In this document: positions 29,666 to 38,947 of the stretch, piece by piece | Layout of the letters: each line of letters starts with the position of its first letter | Numbering within the stretch: position 1 is the stretch's first letter | DNA from: Candidatus Pacearchaeota archaeon | GTDB lineage: Archaea; Nanobdellota; Nanobdellia; Pacearchaeales; GW2011-AR1 | Direction of reading: 5' to 3' | NCBI GenBank assembly: GCA_016181885.1 | Contig: JACOYJ010000026.1 | Location: forward strand, 1,185 to 65,184 | Length of the DNA stretch: 64,000 nucleotides | Position numbers and translations under genes: made by a program | Notes under the pieces: generated by a model | What the model saw: the letters and a program-made list of their open reading frames with translations, nothing else | What the model was told of the DNA's origin: nothing | Database searches by the model: none

Positions 29666-32600
29666 TTAATTAATCGTCTTCTTAACATCGCCCCTTGAGT
29701 TCCATATTGTTATTTCTTTGTTGACGCTCAAATCGTTTTTGTTTTCTGCAGACTTATCTTCTTCTATTATAAAGAATATTTGTTTTATTAAATCCTTTAT
29801 GTCCCCAGATTCTTTTTCCGGCAAAACGGCTATTGAATTCATCAAATTTCTTGTATTTATCCACATGCTTATCCAATTAGTTATTGATTTTGCCCGTTCG
29901 GCTACACTCAAGCCATTGTTCCAAGGAGCCTTTCTTTCATAAGTGTGCTCCATGCTTTTTTTAACTAACTCATAAATGTCTGAAAAAGGAATTGTTATCT
30001 TAATGTCAGTGCTCGGCGTTTCTTCAGGAGGCATTGGCTGCGCCCTTATATCTTCACTGCCAGCCCGCGCATACAAATTATAAATTGTTTCTTCGCCGTC
30101 ATCTATCCTAATTTGAATGTCTATTTTCCCGTCTTTGTAATTGCCGGAAATTTTATTTATTTTATCCAATATATCCTGGTTATTGAAAATCATCTGTTTT
30201 TCCTCTGCAACCAGCCCCCCAAGTCTTCCCCTCTCTGCCGCTGTCTCTGAAGACCCTAAAAAAGAATAAGTTTTCATGGCTTTTTTTAGCTCGCTTATTA
30301 TAAAATCTTTATTTGGAAGAATTATCATCTTTATATTTGGAGTGATTATTCTCACTTCTTTTGACATTCCCGGAAGTTTTACAAACTCGATTGTTTCCGT
30401 GTATTCTAGGTTGCCCAACTCTGATTGATAATTTATCTGTATTGGATGATATTCTGCAAGCTCCCTCATTCCAGAGCATTCCATCATCTTGGCTGTCTGT
30501 ATTTGATTTTCAATTACCTGCCAGTATATCTCTTCTATTGGCTCTTCTTTTTGCTCCCAGTTATCTGCTGCTTTGGCCAAATGCTCCTCGAAAAACCACC
30601 TGGCAAAATCGTTATTAAAGCTTGATTCTATTTCCTCCCTTTTTTTTAACAAATTGCTTAATTCAAAACTGCACCACTCTGCTCCGCCCTCCTGATATTT
30701 TGCCTGCAGAGATGAAACAGCGCTGAAACTTTCTCCACCGCCTGTAAATGTTAATAGCGACTCTGTTTTTCCCTGCGATGTTTTGCATATTCCTTTAGCT
30801 GCAAAAACCTCCAGCTCTTCTGGAAGCAAATCCTCGAAGCTTGGGGAAAAAGTTATGGCTTCTTCCTCTTTCTGCTTTTCAAATGCCTCTACTATTTCAG
30901 TTATTTTTTCTTCTCTTGCAACCCCTGTCAACGGAGAAGCTGAACCATCTTCCACATCTACAGGTCTTTTATAATTTTTCGGCTTTTCAGAACCAGGCTC
31001 TAACAATCCAGTGATTCCTGTTGAGGTTATGCTTACAGCCTCGCCAGTAAAACTTATTCCGTTTATATTTTCCTGCGTTTTTTCAGTTAAGCTTGGTTTT
31101 GTTTTTGCGTTTATCGGAACAGCAACGCACTGGCCTTCTTTGCATGCATTATTTCCGCCGCAATCTTCCTTTACCTCACAAACTTCTTGCTTCACTTCGG
31201 CCACTAACTCACTTGGCTCTTGAATTTGCTCCGAAACCGAACATTCTTTGTTTGTTTTTTTCCATAATCCATTGGAGCATATTTCTGAAATTATTTTCCC
31301 ACCTGAAGAGCAATCAAGTCTTTTTTCTTCTCCATCAATGCATTGAGTTTGTTTGCATTCTTCTAAAGCAATGGTTTTGCACTGCCCATCAACGCAATCA
31401 ACAGCTCCGCACAATGGAATTTCGCAGTCTGCTGGAACTGCGCAGGAAATTTTTCTTTCTATGCAAACCGGCTCCAAAGGGCAGTAGTATATTCTGCAAT
31501 CTTCATAGCATGTTTGCTCTTCTCCAGTCTCGCAAATTTTGTTCCCGCATATTGGCTGACCTTCCTTCTCTTTTTCTTTTTTAGCCTGGCAAACTCCGGA
31601 GATGCAATACATCGGCGTCTTTATTTCTGTTGTTTCATCGTCCTCTGTTATTGTTGAAATTTCCTCGCCACAAACCTGTCCAACGCATAAATCGTCGGAG
31701 CAGTCAATTTTTTCATTGGCGTTATCATCTATCTTGTTAGCGCAAATTTCCTCCCCATTTTCTTTTATTGACTGCGACAGGATTTTTTCAAACTCCTGCT
31801 GTTCGTAATAAGATGTCCTTTTTGGATAATCCTGAAGAAGGCTATTAAAGAATTGGTTTCTGTCCAAGAAGTTCTCTGTTCTTTTGTTTGCTTCTGCTAT
31901 TTTTGGACTTGAAGCTGATTTTATTTCATTCCACACATTGTTTGATTTTTCATCCCACACATTGTTTATAACCTCGATTCGCTCCATTACAGACGCTGCA
32001 GCCCTGTAGTTTCCGGCAGACAGCAGTTCGTTTAGAATATTCATGGAGTTTATTATTTCCTGCTTAAGCGCGGTTGCTCCAAAATCTTCGAACATCTCTT
32101 TATTGCTGTCTGAAGTAAAGGGACGATTTATCTTCTCTCCATTATCTTCAAGAAAAAAATTAACCTTTATAAATTTCCATGTGTCCTGCCCCTGACAGTT
32201 GTCGCAGGATTGGACTTCTGCAATGGTTTTCAAGCCTTTATCATTGTGAATTTCATACTGCTTTACTGAAATTTCAAGGTCGCTTTTTTTGTTTTCTTCG
32301 CCGAAAATTTCAGTCATTGTTTCTTCGCAGGATTTTGAACTTTGCTTGGAATATTCATTGAACAAATTCTGTAGATTCACAGCTTCCTTAGCAACATCAT
32401 TTGCTGTTTGTATGTTTGGGTCTAAATTAAACGTTTTTGCGAGAGTTTGAACCTCATCTATTTTTCCAATTACATCCATACCAGAAGCATCATTAGCGAA
32501 ATTTACTTCCACTTCAGCTTTGTGTGTAAGAATTTCTTGGTTTCCTTGCTTTACAACCGTGGGTACAATTTCTCTTTTAACCTGTATTTTATTTCCATCG

Positions 32601-32941
32601 AATGCGATGTCTTTCCATAAAAATGCCGCTTCTTCGACTGCAATTTCAGAATTTTCTCCCTCTATTTTTACGATGTTTGTCTTTTCCGCCTCGCCCAAAG
32701 CATTATTCATTTCTTCCTGCGTTATGTCTTTGCTATTTAACAGAGCGTTGATTTCTGACTGCGCCTCGCTGGTTTCTGCAACAAATTGCGCGTAATTTAT
32801 GTTTCCAGCTTCATACTGCTCTGCGTGATAGCTTATTCTTTCAACAGCGCTTTTTAATTTATTTTCTTGAGCTGAAGCCAAGCTGGATTGGAGCATTGAA
32901 AGGAATAAAATAGCCAATACAAATAACACCTTTTTTTGCAT
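29666..32941 (-). CDS. large secreted Cys-rich protein (1091 aa) with signal peptide and a cysteine-knot/EGF-like repeat region
   Basis: Signal peptide MQKKVLFVLAILFLSMLQSSLASA. Central ~200-aa block has more than 40 Cys with a regular spacing (C..C....C...C). Confidence 0.6.
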   Translation of the reverse strand: MQKKVLFVLAILFLSMLQSSLASAQENKLKSAVERISYHAEQYEAGNINYAQFVAETSEAQSEINALLNSKDITQEEMNNALGEAEKTNIVKIEGENSEIAVEEAAFLWKDIAFDGNKIQVKREIVPTVVKQGNQEILTHKAEVEVNFANDASGMDVIGKIDEVQTLAKTFNLDPNIQTANDVAKEAVNLQNLFNEYSKQSSKSCEETMTEIFGEENKKSDLEISVKQYEIHNDKGLKTIAEVQSCDNCQGQDTWKFIKVNFFLEDNGEKINRPFTSDSNKEMFEDFGATALKQEIINSMNILNELLSAGNYRAAASVMERIEVINNVWDEKSNNVWNEIKSASSPKIAEANKRTENFLDRNQFFNSLLQDYPKRTSYYEQQEFEKILSQSIKENGEEICANKIDDNANEKIDCSDDLCVGQVCGEEISTITEDDETTEIKTPMYCISGVCQAKKEKEKEGQPICGNKICETGEEQTCYEDCRIYYCPLEPVCIERKISCAVPADCEIPLCGAVDCVDGQCKTIALEECKQTQCIDGEEKRLDCSSGGKIISEICSNGLWKKTNKECSVSEQIQEPSELVAEVKQEVCEVKEDCGGNNACKEGQCVAVPINAKTKPSLTEKTQENINGISFTGEAVSITSTGITGLLEPGSEKPKNYKRPVDVEDGSASPLTGVAREEKITEIVEAFEKQKEEEAITFSPSFEDLLPEELEVFAAKGICKTSQGKTESLLTFTGGGESFSAVSSLQAKYQEGGAEWCSFELSNLLKKREEIESSFNNDFARWFFEEHLAKAADNWEQKEEPIEEIYWQVIENQIQTAKMMECSGMRELAEYHPIQINYQSELGNLEYTETIEFVKLPGMSKEVRIITPNIKMIILPNKDFIISELKKAMKTYSFLGSSETAAERGRLGGLVAEEKQMIFNNQDILDKINKISGNYKDGKIDIQIRIDDGEETIYNLYARAGSEDIRAQPMPPEETPSTDIKITIPFSDIYELVKKSMEHTYERKAPWNNGLSVAERAKSITNWISMWINTRNLMNSIAVLPEKESGDIKDLIKQIFFIIEEDKSAENKNDLSVNKEITIWNSRGDVKKTIN

Positions 32942-33007
32942 ATCTTATACTATTAAAGATAATTAATAAAGTTTGTTGTTGAAAGTCTTTATTGCCGCTC
33001 CGCAAAG

Positions 33008-33133
33008 CTCCGCGATATTTAATGAAATGATAGTCTAAACTCGCTTTTGCTCGGCCGAGATTTATATTAACCCTACAAGTAAAAAAACATCCCACATTAA
33101 CATTTTCCATTAATATGTGAACGAAGTGAGCGC
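33008..33133 (+). repeat. repeat family 2, copy 1, upstream of tRNA-Tyr
   Basis: cgcgatatttaat...ctaaac.cgcttttg...ttatattaa...aagtaaaaaa...cattaatatg.ga.cgaa..gtgagcgc is shared with 51193-51372. Confidence 0.6.
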
Positions 33134-33185
33134 TATACTGTCCATAGCGACATCTTTAAAAATCTCTTAAATCTTTTATGTCTAG

Positions 33186-33383
33186 CCCCTCATAGCTCAG
33201 TGGTTAGAGCGCCTGGCTGTAGTTTTTTAACTGCCCTTAAAACAAGGGAAGGTTAAGCGAAGGAAACCGCAAGGTGTCCTCGCACTAAGGTGGATATTCC
33301 ATAGGGAAATTAGATGAAACCTGAAAAGCAGGCATTGGAAAGCAGTGCCCGGGAGATCCCCAGTTCAATTCTGGGTGGGGGGA
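33186..33383 (+). tRNA. tRNA-Tyr(GUA) with a ~125-nt intron at 37/38 (intron 33223-33347)
   Basis: Acceptor CCCCTCA/TGGGGGG gives C1-G72, typical of archaeal tRNA-Tyr. D-arm GCTC-AGTGGTTA-GAGC. Anticodon stem CCTGG/CCGGG, loop CTGTAG gives GTA. T-arm CCCAG-TTCAATT-CTGGG. Discriminator A. Oligo-T follows. Confidence 0.5.
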
Positions 33384-33430
33384 TTTTTATTCTACATAAA
33401 GTTTTTAAATGAAAAGTTTATGGCTGAAAT

Positions 33431-33688
33431 ATGAAAATTACTTTTGGTTTAGGGGGAATTGGAAATGTTTCTATTTTGGACTTAAGGAGAATGAATTCTG
33501 AGCTTGAGATTCTTATGAATAGAGAAATTAAACCTTCAGTAAAATTAAGAAAGATAAATGTTACACAAGATACACCTAATGGCGTTGGAAAGCCGTTTCA
33601 GTATACTATTCAAGACTATGCAAGTGAAGATAAAGAGTCTATTCATTTAATTGACAAAAGAAAATATTCTTCCAACGATTTAAAATAA
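33431..33688 (+). CDS. hypothetical small protein
   Basis: 85-aa ORF immediately downstream of tRNA-Tyr; no domain. Confidence 0.3.
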   Translation: MKITFGLGGIGNVSILDLRRMNSELEILMNREIKPSVKLRKINVTQDTPNGVGKPFQYTIQDYASEDKESIHLIDKRKYSSNDLK

Positions 33689-33747
33689 TTAATTTCAACA
33701 TAACTGAACACTTCTGTTTTTCTCTGAATCTAGGTGGGGTGGAGGAT

Positions 33748-33822
33748 AAAAACCAACACAAACCCCGCGACAAAATATGAAAATGTGGGGCGATTTTCAG
33801 AGAAAATCGGTGTTGGTTTTTT
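33748..33822 (+). other. long perfect hairpin (12-bp stem AAAAACCAACAC/GTGTTGGTTTTT, ~50-nt structured loop with an inner 8-bp hairpin) followed by a T-run; terminator or small RNA
   Basis: Inverted repeat seen directly; the inner hairpin is CGATTTTC-agag-GAAAATCG. Confidence 0.35.
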
Positions 33823-34004
33823 GATTCTGACTATTACGAAATTAGATTTATAAGCATTTTTTAGTAAGATAATTATAATCTTTACTATATCTGTCTTTCT
33901 TAATGGTTCAGTTAGTTGGTTTTTGCCGTTAAAATAAGAAAAACCCATTTTTTCATCCGTAAAAGCCCGAAATATTTTTAAATGGACAATTTTTATCTTT
34001 CATC

Positions 34005-34271
34005 ATGGCAAAATCAATATCTCGGGAATTTGAGAGCAGATTAAGCAGATTAAATGAAGACTCTAAATTACAAGTCATAGTTACTTCTGATAGTCCTGGA
34101 AATTTTGGGGAGATGAGATCTTATTTTTCTCAAGAAAACGTCGAAGTGCATGGATACTGGCCTCTTCTCGGCTCTGTTTGCGTTGACCTTACTAAAAGCC
34201 AAATTTACTCCCTTGCTGAAAAACCATACATAAGATCGATAATGGAAAATCAGGAGATTCGCCCGTTATAA
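34005..34271 (+). CDS. subtilisin-propeptide (peptidase inhibitor I9)-like small protein
   Basis: LQVIVTS...ENVEVHGYWPLLGSVCVDLTKSQIYSLAEKPYIRSIMENQEI matches the I9 propeptide pattern (…VeyVepD..v). Confidence 0.45.
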   Translation: MAKSISREFESRLSRLNEDSKLQVIVTSDSPGNFGEMRSYFSQENVEVHGYWPLLGSVCVDLTKSQIYSLAEKPYIRSIMENQEIRPL

Positions 34272-34272
34272 A

Positions 34273-34596
34273 ATGGCAAAAGAACTTCCGGAAAGGCTTA
34301 AAGGATGCCCTGATTCAATGTCAACTCCGGATTTTAAGAAATTCGAGGCTCTCGCTGACGGTGCGTATAAAAATGTTATAATTAGTTTTAATGCTGATTC
34401 TGATATCAGTCGTTTAGAAGATTACCTTTTAGCGCGCAGTGTTTCGAAAGAAAAAATAGAAAGAATAAATGGACTGAGAAGAATATGCGTTAGCTTGACA
34501 AAAAAACAAATATATGATGTTGCTGGGCTTGATTATGTTAATTCTGTAATGGAAGACACAATAATTTTCGGATATCATGCGCCTAAGAAGGATTGA
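34273..34596 (+). CDS. second I9 propeptide-like small protein (paralog of the upstream gene)
   Basis: Parallel C-terminal region ICVSLTKKQIYDVAGLDYVNSVMEDTII; 1-nt spacing from the upstream gene. Confidence 0.45.
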   Translation: MAKELPERLKGCPDSMSTPDFKKFEALADGAYKNVIISFNADSDISRLEDYLLARSVSKEKIERINGLRRICVSLTKKQIYDVAGLDYVNSVMEDTIIFGYHAPKKD

Positions 34597-35128
34597 CGGG
34601 GTGGATGTTAGTTTTATATTAACCTGCTCAGAAATTTATCCCATCAGATTTCTACTCGTGAAAGCTAAGTTAAGGTGAAGATAATTTCAAAGCGGATTTA
34701 ATTAACAACTTAATTTTAAAGTTAAAAATAAGCTAAACAATGCGCGTCCAAATCAATATTAATAAAATATCCAAGCCGTTAGGCGAGTGTAAGATTTTGG
34801 CTTGGTAAGTGTTTTCCAAAGCTAATAATCTTAAAGTGAGATTAATATAATCAAGGTGAGTTAAAGTTATCAAAAAAGAGGTTCGCTTCGCTCACAAACT
34901 CATTTTATAGTAACCCAAATGTGCTTTGTTTCTCTTGCTAAAATATTAAAATTTATTCAATATTAATTTTTGGGTTATAAGTCTGAATAATCATAGAAGC
35001 ATCATAGCATAGAATTTCTAAATAAATATCTTAAATAGCTTGTTATTAAATTTACCATAAGAAATTATTTTATCATCACTGAACAAATAGCAAGTCATCA
35101 TCCATTTTTTTGCTTCCCTTCAAGCACA

Positions 35129-36511
35129 TTATTCATCCAAATCCCTAGTTCTCTGCTCAGCAACAAAGAAAGCCTTATTCGATTCTGTTTCATGGATATT
35201 CCCGTTCTTCTCAAAGAACCCCTTTGCAGGAGGAAGAGCGAATCTTCCCATGATTCCAACTTTAGAATAAATTACGTATGATAGAACACGAGTTTCTCCC
35301 GCCTGCAGACTTTCAAAGTTCCAGTCAATTCTCTTTGCTTTCTCATCAACTCTTGACGGAGCTTCTGGCCCGAATTTTTCATAAAGCTTTACTAACGGCG
35401 GAAGTTTTTCTATTATGTTGACTTTTTCGATGAACGATTTTGCAGTCAAGAAAATAGACACTTTCAAGGCGAATTCCCCGCCCTTTGCTTTTACAAAGTT
35501 AACTTTCTTTCTCATAACAAGAGTTGTCCTTGAATAAAGCTTAGCCAAAATAACAACAATTATCACCAATATTATGACGATGAAAGGAAACATGTAATTT
35601 GTTTTTATAATTATCTCAAAGCTGTCTCCGGGATTAAGCTCCTTATTCCAGGTATAATAAACAGAAACTCCCTTTCTTTCAACGATATCCGGCTCTGGAT
35701 TGAATGAAGTAAACAATCTTGAAATTATATTCTTCTTTATTATTGTCTCTGTTGGGGTTACAACATTTCCCTCATTTATTTTTCTAACGGTCTTAGTGGA
35801 GACAATTATTCCAGAGTCTTTGTCTGTTTCAGTGATTATGTTTTTTTCAGTGAATCTCAATCCAGCCTGAACCTCTGTTTTTTTATTGCTGACTTCTATT
35901 TCTGTATCGAGGGTGTAATAGCCGGCGATTAACTGCCTGAAATCTTCTTTATTGAGGCTTATGCTTATTGTTTCTTTTTCATATGCGTCAAGTTCAAGCT
36001 CTTTTTCAACATCGAAGAATGCCGAGGAGAACTTTGCCTTTATTTTTCCGTAATTGAAGTTTTCAGTATTTTTTATGAAAATGTCGACAGAGCTGGATTC
36101 TGGGTTGAAATCGCCAGCGCCGACCTCAAAAGAGTCTGCAAGCTTAACTCTTCTAAATGTTAAGCTCTCTAAAATTTCAGTATCATCCTGCGCCCTTACG
36201 TAATACGGGAAAGTATAAGGCCCAAGAACTTCGAATTTTCCTATTGGCTTTACCTGAAGAGTAATTTTCTTTGTTTCCAGCCCGTTTATCTGGATTTTTT
36301 CTATGGGATACATTGCCAAACCAACAAGATTGTAGAACTCAAAATATCCGCCAGAGCCAAGATTAGTAACTTCTATTTCAAAATCTGCGGTCCTGTCCAA
36401 TTCCGCAATCATTACTTCATTCGAGCTGGTTCTTTTAACCTCAACATTTATTGCGAACATGGTTGGCATTAGGAATAATGCGAGAATGAGTAAAATGAAA
36501 ACTCTTTTCAT
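35129..36511 (-). CDS. membrane-anchored surface protein (signal peptide, large extracellular region, single TM, cytoplasmic tail)
   Basis: N-terminal signal peptide, hydrophobic helix FPFIVIILVIIVVILAKLY near residue 300, basic residues after the TM. Confidence 0.5.
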   Translation of the reverse strand: MKRVFILLILALFLMPTMFAINVEVKRTSSNEVMIAELDRTADFEIEVTNLGSGGYFEFYNLVGLAMYPIEKIQINGLETKKITLQVKPIGKFEVLGPYTFPYYVRAQDDTEILESLTFRRVKLADSFEVGAGDFNPESSSVDIFIKNTENFNYGKIKAKFSSAFFDVEKELELDAYEKETISISLNKEDFRQLIAGYYTLDTEIEVSNKKTEVQAGLRFTEKNIITETDKDSGIIVSTKTVRKINEGNVVTPTETIIKKNIISRLFTSFNPEPDIVERKGVSVYYTWNKELNPGDSFEIIIKTNYMFPFIVIILVIIVVILAKLYSRTTLVMRKKVNFVKAKGGEFALKVSIFLTAKSFIEKVNIIEKLPPLVKLYEKFGPEAPSRVDEKAKRIDWNFESLQAGETRVLSYVIYSKVGIMGRFALPPAKGFFEKNGNIHETESNKAFFVAEQRTRDLDE

Positions 36512-36525
36512 ATAAAAAAGATAAA

Positions 36526-37719
36526 ATGTTTATATATAAGGATTTCGGTTTTAAGGTTAATATTTATAAAGCGCGTAATCTAGGTTTTCTCATGGCTTTA
36601 AAGAAGATTCTCGCGACATCCTGGCATCCCCGGGGAGCTAATGCAATAATTCCTATTGTGAAAAAGTTGAATTTGGAAGGAAAAACAGAACTCGTTGTTA
36701 TTGGTCATGGGTTTTCTGAAAAAAGGTTTGATGATGCTGGAATTCCTTACAGGAAAATCTCTGATTATGGACTGAGTGATGTTTCTTTAAGTTCTATGGA
36801 GAGATTGCTTTTAAATGAAGAACCGGATTTGGTTTTGACCGGAACAAGCACTCAAGACGAAAATAACAAAGATGTTATTGAACAAACAATAACTTTGGAA
36901 TCTGCAAATAATCAAATTCCTAGTCTGGCTGTTTTAGATTATTGGGCAAATTACTGGCAGAGGTTTTCTGATGTAGCAAATGGGAATAAATTTGCATTTC
37001 TGCCGAGCAAAATTGCAGTCATAGACGAATATGCCAAAAGAGCAATGATTGGCGAGGGTTTTCCCGAAGAGAGATTAGTTATTACTGGAAATCCGCATTT
37101 TGATAGTTTTGAATCTAAAGCAAAAGGATTTTCAGAAACAGATAGAAAAAAAATTAGGGAAGAGATTGGTTTGCCCCAAGAGATTTTGCTTTTTTATGCT
37201 GGGGGAATTTTCCAGAGAGATTCATCTGCTTACGGGTTTTGGGATTTGGATAATATTAAGATGATAAAAGAGACAATTAGTAAAAGCAATAAAGCTGGCT
37301 TGGCTGTAAAATTGCACCCCCGTGTTCCTGCTGAAGACTTTAAGGAAATAAATAATTATGCAATAAATCATGGAAAAGGAAAAATAAAGCTGGTTTCAGA
37401 TGTTAGTCCAAATCACTTAAGCTTGGCTTCTGATGTTACATTAACTGCTTGCTCTACTGTTGGCATTGAAGCTGTTTTAATGGGAAAGCCTTGTGTTAGT
37501 TTACAGCCTAATTTGCAATGTGAAGATTATTTTTCAATTCTTACAAGAAACGGCTTGGTTCCAGTTGGCTACGATGCTTATGAATGCAAAAGCCTTATTG
37601 AAAATGTTGTTTCGGATAAGAATTACAGAGAAATAATACTTCCAAAGATGGCATCTGGATTTAAGGTATATGGAAAAGCAACGGGAAGAGTTGTGGGTTT
37701 GGTTTATTCTATGATTTAG
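36526..37719 (+). CDS. CDP-glycerol glycerophosphotransferase (TagF/TagB)-like GT-B protein
   Basis: LFYAGGIFQRD (~YAPTFRD) and KLHPR (KxHP) motifs; GT-B-like C-terminal half. The likely true start is MALKKIL at 36583. Confidence 0.45.
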   Translation: MFIYKDFGFKVNIYKARNLGFLMALKKILATSWHPRGANAIIPIVKKLNLEGKTELVVIGHGFSEKRFDDAGIPYRKISDYGLSDVSLSSMERLLLNEEPDLVLTGTSTQDENNKDVIEQTITLESANNQIPSLAVLDYWANYWQRFSDVANGNKFAFLPSKIAVIDEYAKRAMIGEGFPEERLVITGNPHFDSFESKAKGFSETDRKKIREEIGLPQEILLFYAGGIFQRDSSAYGFWDLDNIKMIKETISKSNKAGLAVKLHPRVPAEDFKEINNYAINHGKGKIKLVSDVSPNHLSLASDVTLTACSTVGIEAVLMGKPCVSLQPNLQCEDYFSILTRNGLVPVGYDAYECKSLIENVVSDKNYREIILPKMASGFKVYGKATGRVVGLVYSMI

Positions 37720-38080
37720 CAACAAAATTTCTTCTTAACTTCTCAGCTAAAGAAAAATCCTTTAATTTCTTTGGCTTGTGGTGAAAGATATCAAAACCTT
37801 TTTCATTGTATCTTGGAACTAAATGCCAGTGCACGTGTTTCGCTTCATCCATATAAATTAAATAAACCTTTTTTATTCCAAGTGTTTTTAACATTGAATT
37901 TCTGACTTTGTTAACGGCATTCATTAAATGCTTATAGTCTTTCTTTTCAAGTAAATGCAAATCAGAAACTTCTTTCTTCCACATAACAACCACATGCCCT
38001 CGAGCTATCGGATGGCTCGATAATGCAGCATAAACTTTTTCATCTTCGTAGAACACAGCTTTCTTTTTTAAGCCAGGCAT
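37709..38080 (-). CDS. HIT-family (histidine triad) nucleotide hydrolase
   Basis: HVHWHLVPR histidine triad. Confidence 0.8.
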   Translation of the reverse strand: MPGLKKKAVFYEDEKVYAALSSHPIARGHVVVMWKKEVSDLHLLEKKDYKHLMNAVNKVRNSMLKTLGIKKVYLIYMDEAKHVHWHLVPRYNEKGFDIFHHKPKKLKDFSLAEKLRRNFVAKS

Positions 38081-38085
38081 TTTAA

Positions 38086-38589
38086 TTACTTTTTCCCTTC
38101 CAAATCCAGCCAGGCTTTTGCCTGGTTCAAGAACTCGTTAATTTTTCCAACTAATTTGCCTTGATATTCTTCTATTCTTGATGGAATAACCCACTTGTCG
38201 TAAATTCCCCTTAGAAATTTTCTGCCGGCGCCAAGCTCAAATTTTCCCTGATAGTCCCTCACTAAATCCCCGCTGGCTTTTACCTCTACGCTGCCTTCAT
38301 TTGTTTTTTCCTTTTTTCCGTCCCTGATAACCTCAACTTTTTTTAATCCAAGAACCCTGAATTTGACTTTGACTTTATACTTGAAGTAATCCGTAATTTT
38401 TCTCGCTCCTGTCCACTCAACCTCAATATTTTTTATGTCACCATCTATTTTTTCCTCATACTTATTCTCAACAAGCATCAATTCTGTCTCTTCACTCAGC
38501 CAATCATAGCAAAATCTGTAGAAATCCTTAAAATTGAGAACTCCGACGTATCTTATTTTGCTCGAAAAAACTGTTTCTGCTTCAGACAT
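38086..38589 (-). CDS. hypothetical protein
   Basis: 167 aa; GGAGG RBS upstream; no domain recognised. Confidence 0.45.
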   Translation of the reverse strand: MSEAETVFSSKIRYVGVLNFKDFYRFCYDWLSEETELMLVENKYEEKIDGDIKNIEVEWTGARKITDYFKYKVKVKFRVLGLKKVEVIRDGKKEKTNEGSVEVKASGDLVRDYQGKFELGAGRKFLRGIYDKWVIPSRIEEYQGKLVGKINEFLNQAKAWLDLEGKK

Positions 38590-38772
38590 TGAAAACCTCC
38601 AGCGGGTTTTCTATCCAGCAACCACCGAATCTTTTCTTTGCCTCCGATGGATTCGGACAAAACCTCCGAATTTTTATCAGAATTTTCTTTGCCTCTGATG
38701 AATCCGAATTATTTTTCATTATTTCACCTGTCTGTAAATAGCATAGAAGATATTTAAATGTTTTTAGTTTGT

Positions 38773-38947
38773 GTTAAGTCAAGTTTATAACCTAAAATTC
38801 CATAATTTAATTCTCCCAATAATCTGCAAAGAATAAAGATAATTACCTGCTCATTTAATTCGCAGATTTGTTATTAATGTTAATAATAAAATGCACGACG
38901 AGAGGAGTGAGTAATTTTTTATGTTAAGATTGTGGGTTTACTTTACA
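38773..38947 (-). repeat. repeat family 1, copy C (reverse orientation, core form)
   Basis: Reverse complement of the family-1 core; about 184 nt upstream of the 38589 start. Confidence 0.8.

Noticed and set aside
29718-32795. Plus-strand ORFs (30361-30618, 31093-31584, 32520-32795 and others) antisense to the 1091-aa gene
   Set aside because: They are nested entirely inside a long, well-supported minus-strand CDS, with hydrophobic low-complexity translations. They are spurious.
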